Origin: Eledone cirrhosa | Taxonomy: Eukaryota | Length of the DNA: 64,000 nt | NCBI GenBank assembly: GCA_964016885.1 | Contig: OZ024753.1 | Location: 28,830,001 to 28,894,000 of the forward strand | Direction of reading: 5' to 3' | Shown here: positions 46,476 through 62,159 of the stretch, piece by piece | Layout: each line of letters starts with the position of its first letter | Numbering within the stretch: position 1 is the stretch's first letter | The notes under the pieces: generated by a model | Seen by the model: the letters and a program-made list of their open reading frames with translations, nothing else | The model's database searches: none | Told to the model about the DNA's origin: nothing | Position numbers and translations under genes: made by a program

Positions 46476-47351
46476 TATATATATAGTAGTTTATAAATTG
46501 CTTCCAAAAGAAAAGAGTAAAAGAGTATGTGTGTGTTTATTTAATGCCAGTAGAATATTGCGTATAGTTTCATGCTAATGTCAAGAAATTTGGACATAAC
46601 AATCTTCAGCCGTCTTGATCGTCGCTCTTGAAACAAAAGACAAGATAGTCAAATGCTTGTAATGTCACTAGTGCTTTATTTGTTGCACTGAGATAGTACA
46701 AATCATTATAAAATCAGACAAAATACTTTGTGGTTTTAGTTACCACTCTTTACATTCTGAGTTCAAATCCTGCAGTTGTCAAGTTTGCCTTTCATCTTTT
46801 CGAGGTTGATAAAATAAAGCAATAAAGTACCAGTAATACACTGGGATTGATATAATCAACATTCTCCTCCTCCTAACAAATTACTGACTTTGTGCCTAAA
46901 TTAGAAATCAATATTTATTCAGTAAGAGTTAATAGATAAGGTGGCAAGGATCCACTGAAGTTTATTCTATTTGCAAAGGGTTTAATTTCAGAATGGTAAT
47001 CACTGCTTTGGTATCTTGAATATCAGAGTGATTATTAGCGGCAATAAGTCTTTTCTTGGGAACTAATTTATTGTGCCATTCTCAGGCAATTAGCTGCTTT
47101 TTAATGAGTGCCATTAACAGAACATAAGGTGTGAAAAATCTACAGAATCTTTTCCCAGTAGTATTAAGGTATTTTCTAATTACTGAATTTCATTAGGATT
47201 ATAGGAAGTAGATTCTATACTATATAAGACAGTACATGATTGCTTCTGTCAGAATGAATACCAGATTCGAGGTGTTATACTGTGGGATCTCTTCTGGCAG
47301 ATAAATTAAATTAAATTTTTAGCAGCAATTTTTGGCATGCATACATTTATA

Positions 47352-47572
47352 CAGGGTGTCCCCCAAAAATGTGTACACACTTCAATGGCAAAAAAATGCA
47401 TTAAAATAAATTGTTTTATATGCATTATTTAAATTATGTAAACATTTTTGGGTGTTTACATACAATTGAATTATGTCTGTAGATTATTTTATTTTTGGAA
47501 AAGGCTGTGCATTCTAATAAATATTGCCTGTACAGGTAATGTGTGTATATATTTTTTTGGGGGGACACCTTG
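47352..47572. mobile_element. Tc1/mariner-type MITE with ~120-bp longer interior
   Basis: CAGGGTGTCCCCCAAAAATGTGTACACACTTCAA ... GTGTGTATATATTTTTTTGGGGGACACCTTG. Confidence 0.8.
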
Positions 47573-49247
47573 TTTATATATATATATACAATTATCATTA
47601 GCATTTAACATCTATTTTCCATGCTTACATGGGTTAGATGAGGTGTCACATTGAGGCTATCCAGGTCAGGTGACCACATCTTGCTCATACTGTCTGTATG
47701 TTGGCTTGGTTATCTAAGGTTGGATACCCTTTCTAATGCCAACCACATTACAGCATGTACTGGGAGCTTTTTCATATGGCACCACCATATGTATGTATGT
47801 ATATATATATGATGATTTCTTTTGAATGAAACGGTTCTAGTTCTGCAGAAGCCATTTCTATTTTAAACATGATATATTTATATATATATATAACATCATC
47901 GTCTCTGTTTAACATCCATTTTTCCATGCTGGCATGGGTTAGATGAATTATCCTGTTGTGAGCAATTCCAAGTCAGGTGACCATGTCTTGCTTGTACAGA
48001 ACCAATTTTGGCCTGATTTCTGTGTGTAGGTATATATATGTAAGAAATAGCATAAAGACAGTGTAAAAATGTGCAGGGATGGTGAAAATTAAGAGAAAAT
48101 AAATTAACAAAACTACAAACAACAGAAGAGTTAAGTTTGTTGTTCCATGCAGACGGGGTTTGGAAAAAATCTTAACTTCTTTGACAAGATCTCTTTCTGA
48201 CGGTAACCCATGCTGTAATTTTTAAGTATGGTGTTTACCACTTATATATCTTGAGTCGGGTCGTGAGATTGAACACAAAACCATGAGGCTGTAGAGTGAA
48301 CAACTTAACCACTTAGTCATGTCTACATACAGATATATGAATCTAGTTTGTTTGTGCATGTATTCACGTATGTTTGTGTGCATGTGCGTGTGTGTGAGTG
48401 AGTGGTATACATGCAACACACATAGGTACATATATAGTTTTCAAGGGAGCAAAATACATTACATTAATTATAGAAAACATTTGTTTCTCATTTCTATGAA
48501 TAATTGAATAACACATCCGATTAAATATTTATTTTGGTAAACAAAGCATTGAGAGAGCATTTACTAGGTTACATTGCATGAACATTAATCAAGAACCTAT
48601 TAAAGTGTTTTTAAAAATGGATTTTTAGGAACAGAAACTAACGAAGAAGATTTCTTCTTGCTATTTTTGGAATTTATGCTTTCATTTGTTAAATAATCAA
48701 AATTTCTTTTTTTTTTTTTTTCATTTTCATATTCAAATCTTTGGGTTTTAAATACTGTTCATAATATATACCATTTTTTGTGTTTTATTCGAACAAAATT
48801 CTCAATTAGAAAGAGAAAAAAATAAAACGAAAAAATACAAAAACAAATATCTTTAAATTGAACAATCTAGCACTATTTATGGTCTGAGTTCAAATCCCGT
48901 CGAGGTTAACTTTTCATCCTTACGGGGTTGATAAAATAAAGTACCAGTAATGTACTGGGTAATTGCTGGCCTTGTGCCAAATGTAGAAACAATTATTTAT
49001 GATTAGAAAAAAATAATTTTTTATGTGAAATAAAAAAAAAAAAAATTTACAATTTATCTTCTTAAATGTATACACTTCATTGTCCATTTATTTATTTTTT
49101 GAAACTCTTTAATTACGTTCTTGGTTTTATCCATTGTTTCACCAAATACATTTCTCAATATATTTAGCTTGATTTTTGTTTAAGCTGAATTTTCTAATTT
49201 TCTTAAATTTTTTTTCTTTCCATTTACAAAAGAAGCCATTCTCTGAG

Positions 49248-50968
<1,721 letters not shown>

Positions 50969-51605
50969 TTTATTTTCTTTGAAGAAAACATTTATAGAAA
51001 ATTTTCTTTTTTGAAATATTATATTATTCCTTTCAATATTACTTTTCTTTAGATTTTTTCTCCTTATTTCCCTGTTCCTTCCTAATGTTCCTGAAATATT
51101 CTATTTAGTTCCGTTTTCCATTTGCTTCTATCTAGCTGGAATAGTGGGTATGGCAGGCATGTGGTAAGGACTGGTAGAATTAATGGAAAATTATTTGGTT
51201 TTTAAATATATTTTCAAAATAAATTTCAGTTTCGAGTGTTGGTGTTTGCCATAACTGGTTACATTGAGATTCTAGAGCAGTGTCTTTACTATTGCTATTA
51301 TTACTATTATTGCTATTATTACTATTATTATTATTATTATTATTTTCCATTAATACCATATTTGATAAGCTTCAGACATTGCTGTTAATGGTTTTAATGG
51401 CATTGTAAATAGGAAATGTGAAACTATGTATTAGTTGACTCCATAGGAGATAACTTGCAACATTTACATGCTAGGGGGAAAGAGAGAGAGAACAACATAA
51501 TAAAAGGCTTTATTTTATTTGTTTTGTATGCTGTTCAATCAGTTATCCATGTTAACATGCATGATAGTTTTTTATATTACATTTGGATATTTTTAGAAAA
51601 TAACT

Positions 51606-51828
51606 GTTTTATTATTATTATTGTTCTTTGAGTCTCAGTCATTGATGTTATTTAACTGGAGAGTTTGTTGAAATGAATATCAAGCCACTACCTGCAGCCT
51701 CAGATATTCCGGACGTATCGGAGGGTTCTTGCTGTTCCCAGCAAGCATGCCTTTTGAAGTGTTCCAAAAAGCGGGGCGGGACCAATTTTCTTTAACCATC
51801 CTTGGAAACTCTTTGAGATAGTACTTAG

Positions 51829-51829
<1 letters not shown>
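51606..51829 (-). mobile_element. 3' end of a Dong-like RLE LINE in a (TAA)n tract
   Basis: Minus strand 51828-51700 reads LSTISKSFQGWLKKIGPAPLFGTLQKACLLGTARTLRYVRNI*; (TTA)n on both sides. Confidence 0.8.
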
Positions 51830-51861
<32 letters not shown>

Positions 51862-52044
51862 GTTATTATTATTATTGCTGGATATCCTACTAGCTTCTAT
51901 CTCACTTTGATGTAAAAGGTGGAACGTGTTTCTTTCTCAACCAAGGAAAAATGAAATGAGCAAACCTTTGCCTGAGACTTGATTTGAAATTCTAATAATT
52001 TGTGGCCTGTACTTCTTCCTCTTTTCACTTATTCCTGAGAGGGT

Positions 52045-52560
52045 CCAGTTCACTCAGCTGTAGAAATGAGTTGTGACGTCACTGGTGCCAAGCTGTATTG
52101 GCCATAGCCTTTCCCTTGGACATCATCAGTAGCGTGGAGAGGGGGGAGACTGGTATCCTTGGGTGCCTGCTGGTCTTCCTAAAAAAAACCTTGCCCGGAC
52201 TTGTGCCTCGGAGGGAAACTTTCTAGGTGCAAATCACATGGTCATTCATAACCGAAGAGGGTCTTTGAGATTAAAAACGAGGCTTAAAGGACATAGGTAG
52301 ATATTTCTTGACTGATCAACTCATATTATAAAAAAAAATCATATGTTCAAATGGATATTTGCCATAACTTGTTTTAAGTGACACATTGTGTCCTTAAGCA
52401 AGACGCTATTTCAAGTTGTTCCAGTTCACTTGGCTAGAAAGTTGAGTAGCAACTTTGCTAGTGCCAAGCAGTATCAGCATTTGCCATTGACAACATCGGT
52501 TGCATGGAGAGGGAAAACTGGTATGCATGGGCAACTGCAAAAACACCTTTCGTGGGCTTG
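52045..52560 (+). mobile_element. Two truncated SINE copies
   Basis: CACTCAGCTGTAGAAATGAG...GGTCATTCATAACCGAAG, then GTGTCCTTAAGCAAGACGCTATTTC...GGTATGCATGGGC. Confidence 0.7.
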
Positions 52561-52579
52561 ATATTATTTATCAATATTA

Positions 52580-52716
52580 TTTATCTATGAGATCTTGGTA
52601 TTATTTATTTTGAGAACAATACTTTAACATCAGTATGAGTGGCCAGTTACAGTCAGTTTGAACAGAAAGAGGTGAGAGAATTCTGGCTGGATACAGCTGG
52701 TTTAAATGCTAAAGGG
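52580..52716 (+). mobile_element. 3' half of piggyBac-like MITE
   Basis: ...GAAAGAGGTGAGAGAATTCTGGC...AAATGCTAAAGGG-TTAA. Confidence 0.82.
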
Positions 52717-53250
52717 TTAATCTAGGAATTGCACTCAGACTCTTACAATTATCGGTCTAACAACTAAGCAACATGCCATCACAGTTTAATGATATGACAG
52801 TTTACTTTATTAATTATTAATTACCTTATTAATTGTAGTAAAATCTATGGTTTGGTGGGGTTTTTGCTACTAATATGGAATGAATAATGTTCATAATTTA
52901 GAAGAAATATATATTGTACATGGTTAAACAGAGATTTGAACTTAGGATATTTGTGTCCAGTAGTAGTCCAACACCTCAAACCTTATTTGGTCTTGCCTCA
53001 TGTCACTGTAGTAACGAAAACAAAAATATAAAAGGATTTTTTTAAATATACTTTAGTCACTTTTTCCATAATCCCATTGATAATCCCACAACCCCTCCCC
53101 ACTGTCATTAAACAAGGTTACTTCAGTCATTTTCCTTCTCTGTTGCAACAGAAACAACTAAGTTTTAGTAAATGTGACACAGGATGTTGTAGTATATACA
53201 GTATTAGCTATACTGACAGATTATTGTTAGCTACATCCATGGGAACCCTG

Positions 53251-53323
<73 letters not shown>

Positions 53324-53446
53324 TGGTTGGCTGTGACCAAGAAATGGTAGAAAGTGAAATCCTATTTGTCATTGATAGTTATTGGTTTCAAGAATGCTTA
53401 AGATTATTGTTTGAACAGATAACTATTGATATGAAGATTATTGTTA

Positions 53447-53495
<49 letters not shown>

Positions 53496-53674
53496 ACCAA
53501 AGCTGTAGCTGCAATAAGGCAACACTAGTAGAATTAGTTAAGGTTGTCCCTTTACACTCAATGATGTGAGAAATGAATTAACTCCTCAAACAATGAATAG
53601 ATTAATATTCCAGGGAAACACCATGAATAAGATATAGACCAGGTGTATGTCACCTATAGTAGATAACGATGAAC

Positions 53675-53705
<31 letters not shown>

Positions 53706-54101
53706 CTTAAGGGGGTTACAGACAGGTTAATGGAAAAGATAGACTTTGTAAGTGACAGAAGTAAATACTAAGAACACACATGAAACACTTTACCTCAGTT
53801 GCCCAGGTTAGAGAGGGTTATTAGCCAAGTCTAGGACCAACAATCTAAGTAGTGTTAGTGTTACAATAAAGTGCACCTAGTACACTCTGTAAAGTGGTTG
53901 GTGTTAGAAAGGGATTCCAGCCATAGAAACTATGCCCCCAAACAGTTGGGAGGACTCTCCAATCAGAACACAACAACCTCATTTGTGCTGGTGCTACAAA
54001 AAATACACCCAGTACATCCTGTACAGTTGTGATATGAAGGGCATCCAGTTGTAAATACCATTGCATAAATGTGTCTAGAGGGCTCATCAGTTGTCAAGAA
54101 C

Positions 54102-54220
54102 ATGACAACTACTCTATTGTTGGTGACAACCTCTCTAGTGTTGGAGATCTACATGACAACCTTTTTAGTGTTGGAGGTTTACATGACAACCTCTCTAGTT
54201 TTGGAGGTCTACATGATACA
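54102..54220. repeat. ~30-bp tandem repeat x~4
   Basis: ATGACAACCTCTCTAGTGTTGGAG(A/G)TCTAC. Confidence 0.85.
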
Positions 54221-55073
54221 ACAGTAATGGGAACACACAAAGACACACTTGCACACACTCACACAGGCACACACAAACACAGAGTTGTACTGAAAGAAAA
54301 GTTCACAGCCAGATTAAATATGTACCACCATTACTACATTCTTTGATGACAGTTTCTAAGATATCAAAGCTGATTATTTCTAGGACTTACATTATATTAT
54401 CATTGTCATTACTTTACAGATATATCTCATTTATTCTTCCCTCCCCACTCCTCCATTTCTTAGATATTCAGAGGTGTGTTTTTGTCTTTTTTATTATTGT
54501 CATATAAGGATTTATTATTGAACTAATATCCTATTTATCACGATAAGAATTCTTCAAGAGGATTATCTGATAGTGTAAAAGGAGTTATTACTTTTAATTG
54601 AAACTACTTTCCTTCACACTTCCATCTTCTTGCTGCTCCACCCTCATTCTATTCTCTTCTTTTATCTCTTTAATTATCTCACCCCCACCCATACCTCCTT
54701 CCTACTAAAGTGTTTATTATTTTTTTAATCAATTCATTTATTTATTTATTATAATTGTTCTTGAGAAAAATATATTGTTATTTAGCCTCGAGTGATCTCT
54801 GATGGAGCAGAAAGAACGATCAGAGCTGTCCCAACCATGATCATTCTGTCTTTGAATCACACTGTGTATATCTAAGACTACATCATTCAATGTATCACCA
54901 CTTTCTTAAGTAATTAAGGGCGAAAATATTGTTGTTATTTCTAGCAATGTGTGTGCTCACATACAGGCATCCTCAGTGACTGACAGTGGATTAGGATAGA
55001 TTTTATAAAATGGCCTTCTCCTCTTCTTTTATTTGAGTTTTTTTCCCCTGATCATTAATTCTTCCTTCATTAA

Positions 55074-55306
55074 CCCTTTAGGTACAAACTTGCCCCTAAC
55101 ATGCTCTGGTTCTATGAAATAAAAACACCCATTTTTTGGTACAGACTTACCCCTCACCAGCTCTGGTTCTATGAAACAAAACACCCTCTTTTGGTACAAA
55201 CTGCCCCTAACCTTGTCTGATTCTATGAAACAAAACACCCCCTTTTGGTAGACTTGCCCCTAACCTGGTCTGGTTGTACGAAACAAAAACACCCATTTTA
55301 AATGGG
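55074..55306 (+). mobile_element. piggyBac-like non-autonomous element with internal ~55-bp repeats x4
   Basis: TTAA-CCCTTTAGG start; unit TTGGTACAAACTTGCCCCTAAC..TCTGGTTCTATGAAACAAAACACCC. Confidence 0.65.
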
Positions 55307-56622
55307 TTACTGTTTAAATTAAAAACTCCCAACATAATTTATAAGAATCTTTCGGTAAGTTATGCTACATACTATTTTAATTATATCTAACAGTCTTCGT
55401 GTAAAGACTTTAATACTCAATTTTTTTTTTCAAAATTATATGCTTTCATTTATAGTAGTAGTAGTAGTAGTAATAATAATAAAAAAAAGGAAACAAAAGA
55501 AAAAAGAATAGAGAGAAAAAGAAATAAAAAAGAACGGGGAGGGGATGGCAAGAACTCTAGTATCGCAGAAGAGAGGTGAGGGTGATTGGGCTTTGGGCCT
55601 AGGGCATGGGGGAAGAAGGGCTGTGCCCTGTGGACAAGACCATAAAAGCATTCCCACAGACAATGACCAGTAAAACCCACTGCAACAGCCACCCAACATC
55701 ACGAGATGCCCTCGTCAGACGGGCCTCCGACATTCCAATTTTGCAGAGGAGCTTGACTGTACAGAGTCCGAGTACACCTGAGGTCTCGATGTGATGCAAA
55801 GTATTGGTTTGTACTTTCCAAAAATATCTTACTATGTAGATTTATATATTACAGGACATTAAGGGAACATTTTATTTATTTTCTGTATGTTCAAAATTTT
55901 TTACACTTTGGAAAATGGCTTCTTGTTATATATAAATATTTCATTTATATATCGATATTGTAATAACTAAAACTTTTCTCTATTTTCTTCTCTTTCTCTC
56001 TCTCCTTTATATATTTATTTGTTGTATTTTTTTGTTTATTTATTAATTTTTAATTTTTCTTTTTGATAGATTACAAGCATGTCCTGTCCATGTGAAATTC
56101 TTGCACTCTCTCTTGCTTTGTCTCATGGGTCAGAGGTTTAGAAAATATCTGGTTTTATAAGATTAAACTGTTATTACATTAGTGAATGTGTCCTGCCTTC
56201 TTTGTGTAAATCGAGGGAAATGTTCTTGCAGGCAGAGTAACCACATAGAGCAGTCATGGGAAAACTACAATCCACAAGCAGTATGCAGCTCGTTTGGCTT
56301 TCTGAATGACACACCTACTTTCAAAATCCTGGCAAATTGCAATCTACAAGCCACCCGTTTGGGTTTCTGAAGGGCACACCTAATTTCAGAATTGCCTCGA
56401 ATTATTTAGTAGTGTGACCTGTCTTATGATGAACCACATCTTATGCAACCCACTGCTCAAGAAAGGTTGCTCATGACTAACATAGAGGCTCTTTGTGAGC
56501 TTACATTGTCAGAGTTGGATTGATTTCATACTCTATAGAGATATAAACTAACACTGGTGGTGTTGCTGTTGCATGGCCATCGTGAATGGAAAAAGATATA
56601 TGATCATAAGCACAGAAATACT

Positions 56623-56785
56623 ATGTATGGATGAGCCAATGAGAGGGCCACTATGCCATTGGTCTACCAGCTAGAAGTAACAGCCAAATCTCCATCATAA
56701 CACCATGTATGGATGAGGCAATGAGAGGCCCACTATGTCATTGATCTGTCTGCTAGAAGTAGCAGCCAAATCTCCTTCATAACAC
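56623..56785. repeat. ~82-bp tandem duplication inside a dispersed repeat (CTAGAAGTAGCAGCCAAATCTCC family)
   Basis: ATGTATGGATGAG.CAATGAGAGG.CCACTATG.CATTG occurs twice; the family also appears reversed at 63960-64000. Confidence 0.8.
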
Positions 56786-57417
56786 AGCCATGTGTGTTAT
56801 AAAAGGAAGGACATATTGCATAATGATATAGTCATACATGTACTAGACTGGGGAAATGGAGTGGGGTGGATGGTCAGATTTTAAATGTCTTTGGTAATGG
56901 CAGACATGGAACTATACAGCCATCTATGGAATAACCGTATCCAAATTTTAGACAATACTTAACCATATATTTTAATACCTCTGATTCTGACTGTTTATTA
57001 TAATATCAATTTTTGAAATAAAACACCTGCACGCACACACATACACACAATCAAACATACACACACATGCACACATAGTCTTGCATTTATTAAGAGATGG
57101 TGACATATAAACAAAACAAAGTCAATAGGTATTATATTTTATAACTAAGTTATCTCTTTTACTCTTTTACCTGTTCCAGCTGAGGCCACGCTGGGGCACC
57201 ACAAGTTATTGCTACATTTTGATAATATAATCATAATTTGACAAGAAAAAAGATATTTCTATCTAAATGGGCTTCTCAATTTAAAAAAATACTGTGGCAC
57301 TATTTTCAGTCTGTTTATCCTTCTTTTCCACTCCTCTCTCTCTCTCCCTCTCTCACTTGCCCCCTTTCTCTCTCTCTCCCACCTCTCTCCTCCACATCTT
57401 CTTCCCTCAAATATAAT

Positions 57418-57537
57418 ATAGAAATGGCTTCTACAGGACTAGAAATGTTTCATTCAAAGGAGATCATCATTTCCTTTAAATGAGATCATCATTTCCTTCA
57501 AATGAAACAGTTCTAGTCCTGTAGAAGCCATTTCTAT
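57418..57537. repeat. Fold-back palindrome of a half-hammerhead repeat
   Basis: ATAGAAATGGCTTCTACAGGACTAGAA.TGTTTCATT / AATGAAACAGTTCTAGTCCTGTAGAAGCCATTTCTAT; single-arm copy at ~47810-47868. Confidence 0.8.
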
Positions 57538-58612
57538 CTTAAATCTTCTATATACTCTACTATGTATTTAGTACCTTATTTACTGTAGTTACCCCTCTGA
57601 TTGAACCTGGGACTCGCAAACACACATATATATATATATATATATATATCATATACACAAATGCACATCTATATATAAAGAAAGAGAAGGGAGAATGATA
57701 TTGTTAGATGTGAAAATTGAAATCATAATATTCTCTTGCTAACAATGAAGATGTTTTATAGAAAATTTGATTTTCTTCTCCTCCTCCCTCTCCCCACTCA
57801 CATCCGCTACCCTTTTCTTTTTTATCCCTTTCACTCTCTCTAGCCCTCCCTTTAACAAATTCACCTACCACCAACCACCTACTCTCCACCCTTGGTCACT
57901 CTCAAAATGTCTTTCAGTAATACATGTTTTTTAAGTAACATATTTCAACAGACATTTATTAGCTGGGGGTGGTTTAGATGGTGTTAGTGGTTAGAAGATA
58001 GATAATATAATAAGTAAATATGTAAACTTATATTATGCTATGATTACATTATTTTTTGGCCAGTATTATATGAAAACCCATGTTTTAAATCTGCAAGACA
58101 AACTACTCTATTCCACACATATTGCTGTTCAATATAAATAGTAGTAATTCAGTTTCGCACACTTAGTCAAATCTATCATTATTTTTTATTATTTTTTATG
58201 TTGTTGTTGTTGTTGTTGTTAATCACTTTATTTATTTATTTATTTGCCTTATCATATATTCACAACTCTTTTCTTATGCTTTTTCTTACAGATTTCTGCT
58301 TAATAAACACTTTATTTTTTCCATATTTGTTAGTATTTTTGTACACAAATGTGTGTGTGAGTGTATGTATATATGCATATGTATCTCCTTATATATATAT
58401 ATATGTAAACATGTATAAATGTGTGTATCTGTATACATGTATGTATATATGTGCATACATATATCTATGTTTATATGTAAATATATATATATATGTATGT
58501 ATATAAGTACATATGTATATATATATACATATATACATATATATGTATAATCATGTTTGTAAATACCTTTCTTTAATTTATTATATATATTAATTTATTA
58601 TATATATATATA

Positions 58613-58951
58613 TGGAGACACATGACTTAGTGGTTAGAGCATTGGCCTTGCAATCAAAAGGTTGTGAGTTCAATTCTCGGACCGGGTGATGTGTTGTTTC
58701 CTTGAGCAAGACACTTTATTTCACATTGCTCCAGTTTACTCAGCTGTAGAAATGAGATGATAGGGACTGGGGTCCCTATAATTCCACTGCAAAATGGACG
58801 TGTAGGTGCCACGGCAAAAAAGCACCCAGCACTCACTGTAAATGAGGTTGGTGTTAGGAAAGGCATCCAGCTGTAGAAATCAAGCCAGAATCAGTTCCCG
58901 TCCCACCCTTGCAAGCAGGGAAAAGCGGACGTAAAATGAAATGATGATGAT
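58613..58951 (+). mobile_element. tRNA-derived SINE (family A), full length
   Basis: A/B boxes, CCTTGAGCAAGACACTTTATTTCAC core, (GAT)n tail. Confidence 0.92.
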
Positions 58952-59169
58952 TGTATATACATGAATGTGTATTTTTTTTATATATATGCTTATGTGTATG
59001 TATATCTGTACACATATATATATATATATATATATATTTATTAAAATAACAGATTAAAGTTTAAGCAAAGAATCGTTGCTTTCACTCTTAACGGTTCTTA
59101 TATATTTGATATATATGTATCCTTATTGAGCCCTCTTTGGATTTTAGTCTTCAAATTTATTATTATTAC

Positions 59170-59199
<30 letters not shown>

Positions 59200-59202
<3 letters not shown>

Positions 59203-59540
59203 GAAATAACAGTGTAGGAGATGTAAAACTTGCTGACATTCTTTTTAATCTGGAATGCTTCATTATTCGAAGACTAAAAGGTCAGGATGGTTGTCCAGCA
59301 TTCCTGGAGCATGTTATTCATGGTGGCTGGTGTGTGTGTCAGGATATTTGGTGACCAAAAAAGGGAGTATATATTTTGTGCTATGTGGGCATGACATACA
59401 TATCTCTTTCCTCGAGTTGAGGCATAAGTTCAGATCCTGTGAATTGTTCCACATAAGCCATCTCTTGGTGTTGTAGAACTTGCCTCTCTTAAAGCCATTG
59501 GCAGAGGGTTTATATCTTTCTGCTATCTTCCAGTTAATGT
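59200..59540 (-). mobile_element. Penelope-like 3' fragment (C-terminus downstream of GIY-YIG)
   Basis: INWKIAERYKP...LCLNSRKEICMSCPH resembles the W.I...P...LN.R.E...C.H end of Penelope ORFs; compare ~12700-12850. Confidence 0.6.
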
Positions 59541-59554
59541 ATATATATATATAT

Positions 59555-59745
59555 ATAACGAAGGAAATGTGGTAAGGAACCAGGTGGACCATAACGCACC
59601 AAAGTACTCAATACTTAGGGTAGTAGAGTGGGTAATAGGAACGAGTAGGACCCCGATGGCTGAGCTCAAGCCGTTTCGACGGCTAATTCAGTCCAGAATT
59701 AGCTGTCGAAACGGCTTGAGCTCAGCCGTCAGGCTCCTACACGTT

Positions 59746-59749
<4 letters not shown>
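59555..59749. repeat. Half-hammerhead element with fold-back inverted duplication (59636-59749)
   Basis: TTTC-GACGGCTAATTC-AGTCCA-GAATTAGCTGTC-GAAA-CGGCT..AGCCG-TC. Confidence 0.82.
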
Positions 59750-59781
<32 letters not shown>

Positions 59782-60859
59782 CACATATACATAAACACAC
59801 AAGTGAATTTATATTGATCTACAAAATATTGATTTGCTATACAATAACTGCTCAATGTATATTTGACATGAAAATACCAAAAACAAAGTGCACTTAACAG
59901 ATATTGTTATGGATACAACATTTTAATATCTTCGAAATAAATGACATTGAACCAAGCAGAACATTAAAAATATTACTTACATTACATTAGCAATATATAG
60001 TTCCTATACAGTCTTAGGCAATGTTGTTTTGATCAATTATCATAATTAAATGGATAATTTGTAATGTAAAGAAGCCACACTTCATCAGTAGGTCATTTCA
60101 TTAATTAGAGAAAATATTAACTGTTCATAATGAAGTCTGAGCTGAGACAAAAACTCATGTGTGTTATGACAGCAGTGACAATAACTGTAATAGTCATAAG
60201 TAGTAGTGGAGGGATGTTAAAAATAGTTCACCGAGAAGCTGTAAATCAACTCAACTGTTATATTGAAAAATTGGGAGTAGAAATATACAAATGAATCATA
60301 TTGATACACAGAATATCTACTTGCTCCACCATGACCGCTGAATGTAAATTTGGTGTGAAAATACTGAAAACTGAGCCCACTTATAACAGATAATGTAATG
60401 GATACAAGTTTTAATATCTTGCAAATAGATAACAGAATCAAGCAGAACATTAAAATATATGTGTATATGTGTGTATATGTATGCATATATATATTCACAT
60501 ATATGTATATATGTATGTCTATATATGTGTATATCTATGCATATATATGTATGTATATATGTGTGTGTATATATATATATCTAACATATATATGTGTATG
60601 TATGTATATATATGTGTATGTGCGTATGTGTATGCATACGCCACCCTCCACTAGCTAAGTGCCCCACCCTAAATCTACCTCTCCAATCCCCACCCCCAGA
60701 ACCTGGCCCACACTGTAAATGCTAGGAAGGGCATCCAGCTGAAGAAACCAAGCCAGAAACAGGTCTTTATGAGCAATACACTGTCATTTGATCTGACTTG
60801 TCTCACAAAGGGACAGCTCTTCTTAACCATGCTAGTGTGGAAAAAATTGATGTTAAACT

Positions 60860-61365
<506 letters not shown>

Positions 61366-62159
61366 CATGAGCGTGTGTGTGTGTACATTTACACACACAT
61401 TATATTTATAATGTATGTGTGTATATATGTATACACATACATTTTCAGTCACTCATACTCTTGTATGAATGTAACATAATATTTGTTTATTTATCCAGTG
61501 TACAAAATTGAATTGATTCTATTTCCCTTAATATTTTATATATTACAGACCAGTTAAAGCCATTTGCTTTTTTCCTGAATAGGAGAGAGAATTTTTAAAT
61601 TAAAATTGTTCAAAAACTGCTTAGTAAAGAAAACAATATTTGTAATTCTATTCAGATTATTCTACATAGAATTTATCTATGATTTATTTTTCAGTTTAGT
61701 TTCCTCACAATCATTATTGTTGCTGTTATTATATTTATAAATATTTATCAATTTTTGAAATGAAATCTTTCATATTCTGAAATTACAGTAATTTTCCTGA
61801 ACACATTTTTTCTTACTTTCTGCTTTTCAACTCCTCAAATGGTTTTATTGGCAATTTTAAAATCTCTTCTACTTCAGTTAGAAGAGAATTGCATTGGAAT
61901 TATTTTTCCATCTGCCTTTTAACTATATGTTCTAAGTAAAGGAGGTGTTTGAATACATGATAATGTAGTACCAGATGCATTATACTTTAAATAAAGCTCA
62001 TGGCTTGCTTAAATGGTTTTAATGCTAGATCCATTCAGTCGGGATTGGCTTGGGACTAATCAATGACTTGATCCTCTATTGGTTTCAATGACAAGTATTT
62101 CAGTTGTTCAATCAACTGATTATATGTCCAGGAAATTATATTTTAAATATGTACCTATT

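Noticed and set aside
55606-55794. 62-aa ORF ending RRASDIPILQRSLTVQSPSTPEVSM as a host exon
   Set aside because: In-frame stop just upstream, weak acceptor, and a T-rich/(TTA)(CTA) tail on the minus side suggests a LINE 3' UTR remnant.
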